Shown here: piece by piece, positions 60,960 through 64,000 of the stretch
Position numbering within the stretch: the first letter of the stretch is position 1
Layout of the letters: each line of letters begins with the position of its first letter
NCBI GenBank assembly: GCA_002104905.1
Contig: MCFE01000053.1
Span: 131,721 to 195,720, forward strand
DNA length: 64,000 nt
Direction of reading: 5' to 3'
Source: Basidiobolus meristosporus CBS 931.73
Lineage: Eukaryota; Fungi; Basidiobolomycota
Notes under the pieces: generated by a model
Databases searched by the model: none
The model's input: only the letters and a program-made list of their open reading frames with translations
What the model was told of the DNA's origin: nothing
Made by a program: the position numbers and the translations under genes

Positions 60960-63900
60960 TGTTGTAAGAGTCTTGGAGATATTGGAAGTGATTTGGAGAA
61001 CAAGTAGATTATGTGGTTTTCACTTAATGATTTATTGAATGTAAAAGTAGTATTTATACTTTTACATGGTCTTGGCATTACAAACACGTAGAATAGGTTA
61101 AGGAAGGTCCCAAGAACATGTGTGCAAAGTTTGGGGCTGTTTGGACAACTTTGAGAATTTTCATGTTCTGGGTACCTGGTATTTTGGTGAAAATATTCTA
61201 AGTAAATCCCGACAAGGAATTTGGTCAGTATTCTCTAGGATTTGAAGGTGATGATCTAAGTGACTAAGTTAGGTGAATATTTAGGTGGAAAATACGAATT
61301 TTTACAACACTCCCACTCAGCTAAATGTTCATACTGACTAGTCCTAATTTTGACCTAAGATATTCAAACTTGTCTCTAGCTAATGGTTTGGTAAATATGT
61401 CTGCAATCATTTCATCTGTAGGACAGTAAACTAAGCTAACTAAGTTATTCTCTATAGCTTCACGTATGAAATGATGTCTAATATCTATGTGCTTGGTTCT
61501 AGCATGAAAAGTTGGATTTCTACCTAATTGTATACATCCTTGATTATCTTGAAATAAAGTAATAGGCGTTTTTTGACATAGGCCTAAATCTGTAAAGAGC
61601 TTTCTTAACCACATTGCTTCTTTTGTAGCTTCACAGGCTGCCATATACTCTGCCTCTGTAGTAGAAAGTGCTACGGTTGGTTGCTTTCTTGAATTCCATG
61701 AAATGGCTCCTTTACAGTAAAGAAAGGTGTATCCTGTGGTGGATCTTCTGTCTTCTAAATTTCGTCCCCAATCAGCATCAGAGTATCCCACAAGATCCTG
61801 TTCTGAATCCTTATAAGTGTATCTTAAGCAGATATCAGCAGTTCCTTTTAGGTATCTAAAAATCCGCTTAACTGCTGCAATATGATCAGATCCATAATTC
61901 TGATTATGTTGGCTGACAACTCCCACTGAATATGAGATATCTGGACGTGTTCCAAGCATGATATACATCAGACTGCCGACCATAGATTGATAAGGAAAGT
62001 CAGGGCTTTCAGATGGCACCAAGCTCTCTTGATTTGGTTGAGTTTTGACCAAGTTAAGGTTTGTCTCCATTGGGGTAGCTGCCGGTTTACAGTCTTCCAT
62101 TTTGTACTTCTTTAGTATATCTTGAATATACTTGGATTGGCTTAGGGTAATAGTCTGGGTACTTCTGTCTATGGAGAACTTAATCCCTAAGTAGTAACTA
62201 AGTTCTCCTAGATCGGACATCTTGAACTCCTTAGATAGGCTGGATTTAGTCTCTTCCAATGTTTCTAGGTTATTGGCGGCTATAATAAGATCATCCACAT
62301 ATAGAGCTAATAGAACTGGATTTGCTCTATCTGGCTTATAGTATATACTATAGTCAGCATTACTCCTTTTGAAACTCAAAGATTCCAAATAAGAATCTAT
62401 CTTGCAATTCCAGGCTCTCGGTGATTGTTTGAGACCATATAGTGACTTTTTAAGCTTGCAGACCAAATGGGGGTTATCTTGGTCAACAAACCCATCAGGC
62501 TGGTCCATATACACGTCCTCATCAAGTTCTCCATTCAAAAATGCAGTTTTTACATCCATTTGATGAATAAAAAACTTATATTTGGCTGCAATAGCCAATA
62601 TTAATCTGATGGAATTAAACTTGGCTACCGGTGCAAAGGTCTCAGTATAGTCAAGTCCTTTTGTTTGAGAGTATCCTTTGGCTACAAGTCTTGCTTTGTA
62701 TCTTTCAATTGTACCATCAGCCTTGTATTTTGTCTTGAAGACCCATCTGCATCCAATTGATTTTCGGTTGATTGGTAATTTGACTAAGTCCCAAGTTTGA
62801 TTTTCCATCAGGGCCTGATATTCCTCAGTCATTGCAGATCTCCAAAACTTCGTCTGAGGGCTATTTAGGGCCTCTTTTACAGTCTGGGGTTCATCAATAT
62901 GGACTGAATAGGCATAGGCTAAGTTTGTACCCTCATTGATATAGTAATTTGGGCTATTTCTTGTCCGATTGGATCTCCGGGCATTTGATACTGGAATGAT
63001 CACTTCTGGGATATTCCTGGGCACTGATTCTGGCTGAACCACGGTTGTAGAGTCCTCTGGAGTGAAAAAATTTTCATTGTTTTGCTCTGATTCAATCCTG
63101 ACAATTGGTGGACTTGAGATCAAATTTTCGTCATCATCTGATGTCATTTTTTGTGAAAATTTTGAATTTTCATCAAACAACACATCCCTGGACTTGATCA
63201 GCTTCTTTGCTTTGGTATTGTAGAGTCTGTATGCCTTACTCTCATTGCAGTAGCCCAAAAATATGCATTTTACACTTTTTGGCTCAAATTTTGACTGATT
63301 TCCGGCCAGTTTTTTGGCATATGCTGTACACCCAAATATTCTTAGATGTTCTGCACTTGGTCTGTATCCATACCATGCTTCAAATGGAGTAGAATCACGA
63401 AAGTATTCTGTTATAACTCCTATTTTTAAGATATACAGCAGTGGCAACTGATTCCGCCCAAAAATCATAGGATAATTTTTGATCATGGATCATAGATCTT
63501 GCCATATCAATTATTGATCTGTTAGCTCGTTCTGCTACTCCATTTTGCTGTGGGGAGTATGGTACAGTAGTCTCTTGCTTTATCCCATGAATTTTGCAGA
63601 AGTGGATGAAGAGTTTTGAGGTATATTCTCCACCATTGTCAGAGCGTATTTTCTTGATTTTTTCACCAGTTTCTCTCTCCACCATGGCTTTAAACTCCCT
63701 GAACTTAGACAGAGCTTCTTCCTTTCTCTCCATGAAGTAGACCCATGTGTATCTTGTATAATCATCAATAAAAGTGATTAAATACTTCATCCCGCCTAAG
63801 GATAAATTTTGCATAGGTCCACACAGATCTGAGTGAATTAGATCTAATTTTTTCTTAGTTTTGATTAACCCAGAGCTCTTGAACGGTTGTCTGGCTTGTT

Positions 63901-64000
63901 TCCCATATATGCAGGCTTCACAGTGCTCCAAATTAGCTGGGGGATCAATTTTCACTCCAGAAATTAGCTGATCTTTGATCATTTTACGCAAATAATCAAA
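60960..64000 (-). mobile_element. Second Copia unit in head-to-tail tandem, sharing LTR 60960-61309; pol 61321..>64000 with +1 frameshift at ~63401; runs off the window
   Basis: PPT and pol end resume directly after the LTR; about a dozen substitutions versus unit 1; CACGAAAG versus CACGAAG. Confidence 0.95.

Larger units (their letters stand above)
56623..61309 (-). mobile_element. Full-length Ty1/Copia LTR retrotransposon (350-bp LTRs at 56623-56972 and 60960-61309)
   Basis: LTRs TGTTGTAA..TTACAACA with 4 differences seen; PBS and PPT present; single gag-pol ORF. Confidence 0.97.

Noticed and set aside
60956-61087. N-terminal extension of the gag-pol ORF (MFVMPRP..) in the ORF track
   Set aside because: It lies within the LTR; the plausible start is ATG 60955 after the LTR.

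Overview
This is a fungal nuclear genome window with short GT-AG introns of about 50-60 nt. The gene set and intron style suggest an early-diverging fungus (inference only). From 1 to 45 kb it is gene-dense. Housekeeping genes include an MFS transporter, a GVP36-like BAR protein, LETM1/MDM38, a Zn2Cys6 transcription factor, a second MFS transporter, an anillin-like C2+PH protein, TRM9, ALKBH1, RidA/MMF1, CCDC25, RPL11, ACADSB, NDUFB7, a GH47 mannosidase, NSR1, proline iminopeptidase and an aquaglyceroporin. Two cell-surface islands interrupt them. They hold a ~900-aa secreted Gly-rich silk-like protein and six paralogous Ser/Thr-rich GPI-anchored (Kre9/KNH-N-like) genes. Four of the six sit in two tail-to-tail inverted duplications showing mosaic homogenisation. 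One member of each pair carries a frameshift that removes the GPI signal. From 45 to 64 kb it is gene-poor, with a multi-exon velvet (VosA-like) gene, a third MFS transporter, three solo LTRs, and a tandem Ty1/Copia array sharing an LTR. Features the ORF track misses are an ARF6 pseudogene (42.7-43.5 kb), the velvet domain, a 25-bp RNA hairpin in the RPL11 intron, and a candidate 1-nt microexon in CCDC25. Several 1-nt indels at homopolymers may be assembly errors. No rRNA, tRNA or CRISPR array was recognised.
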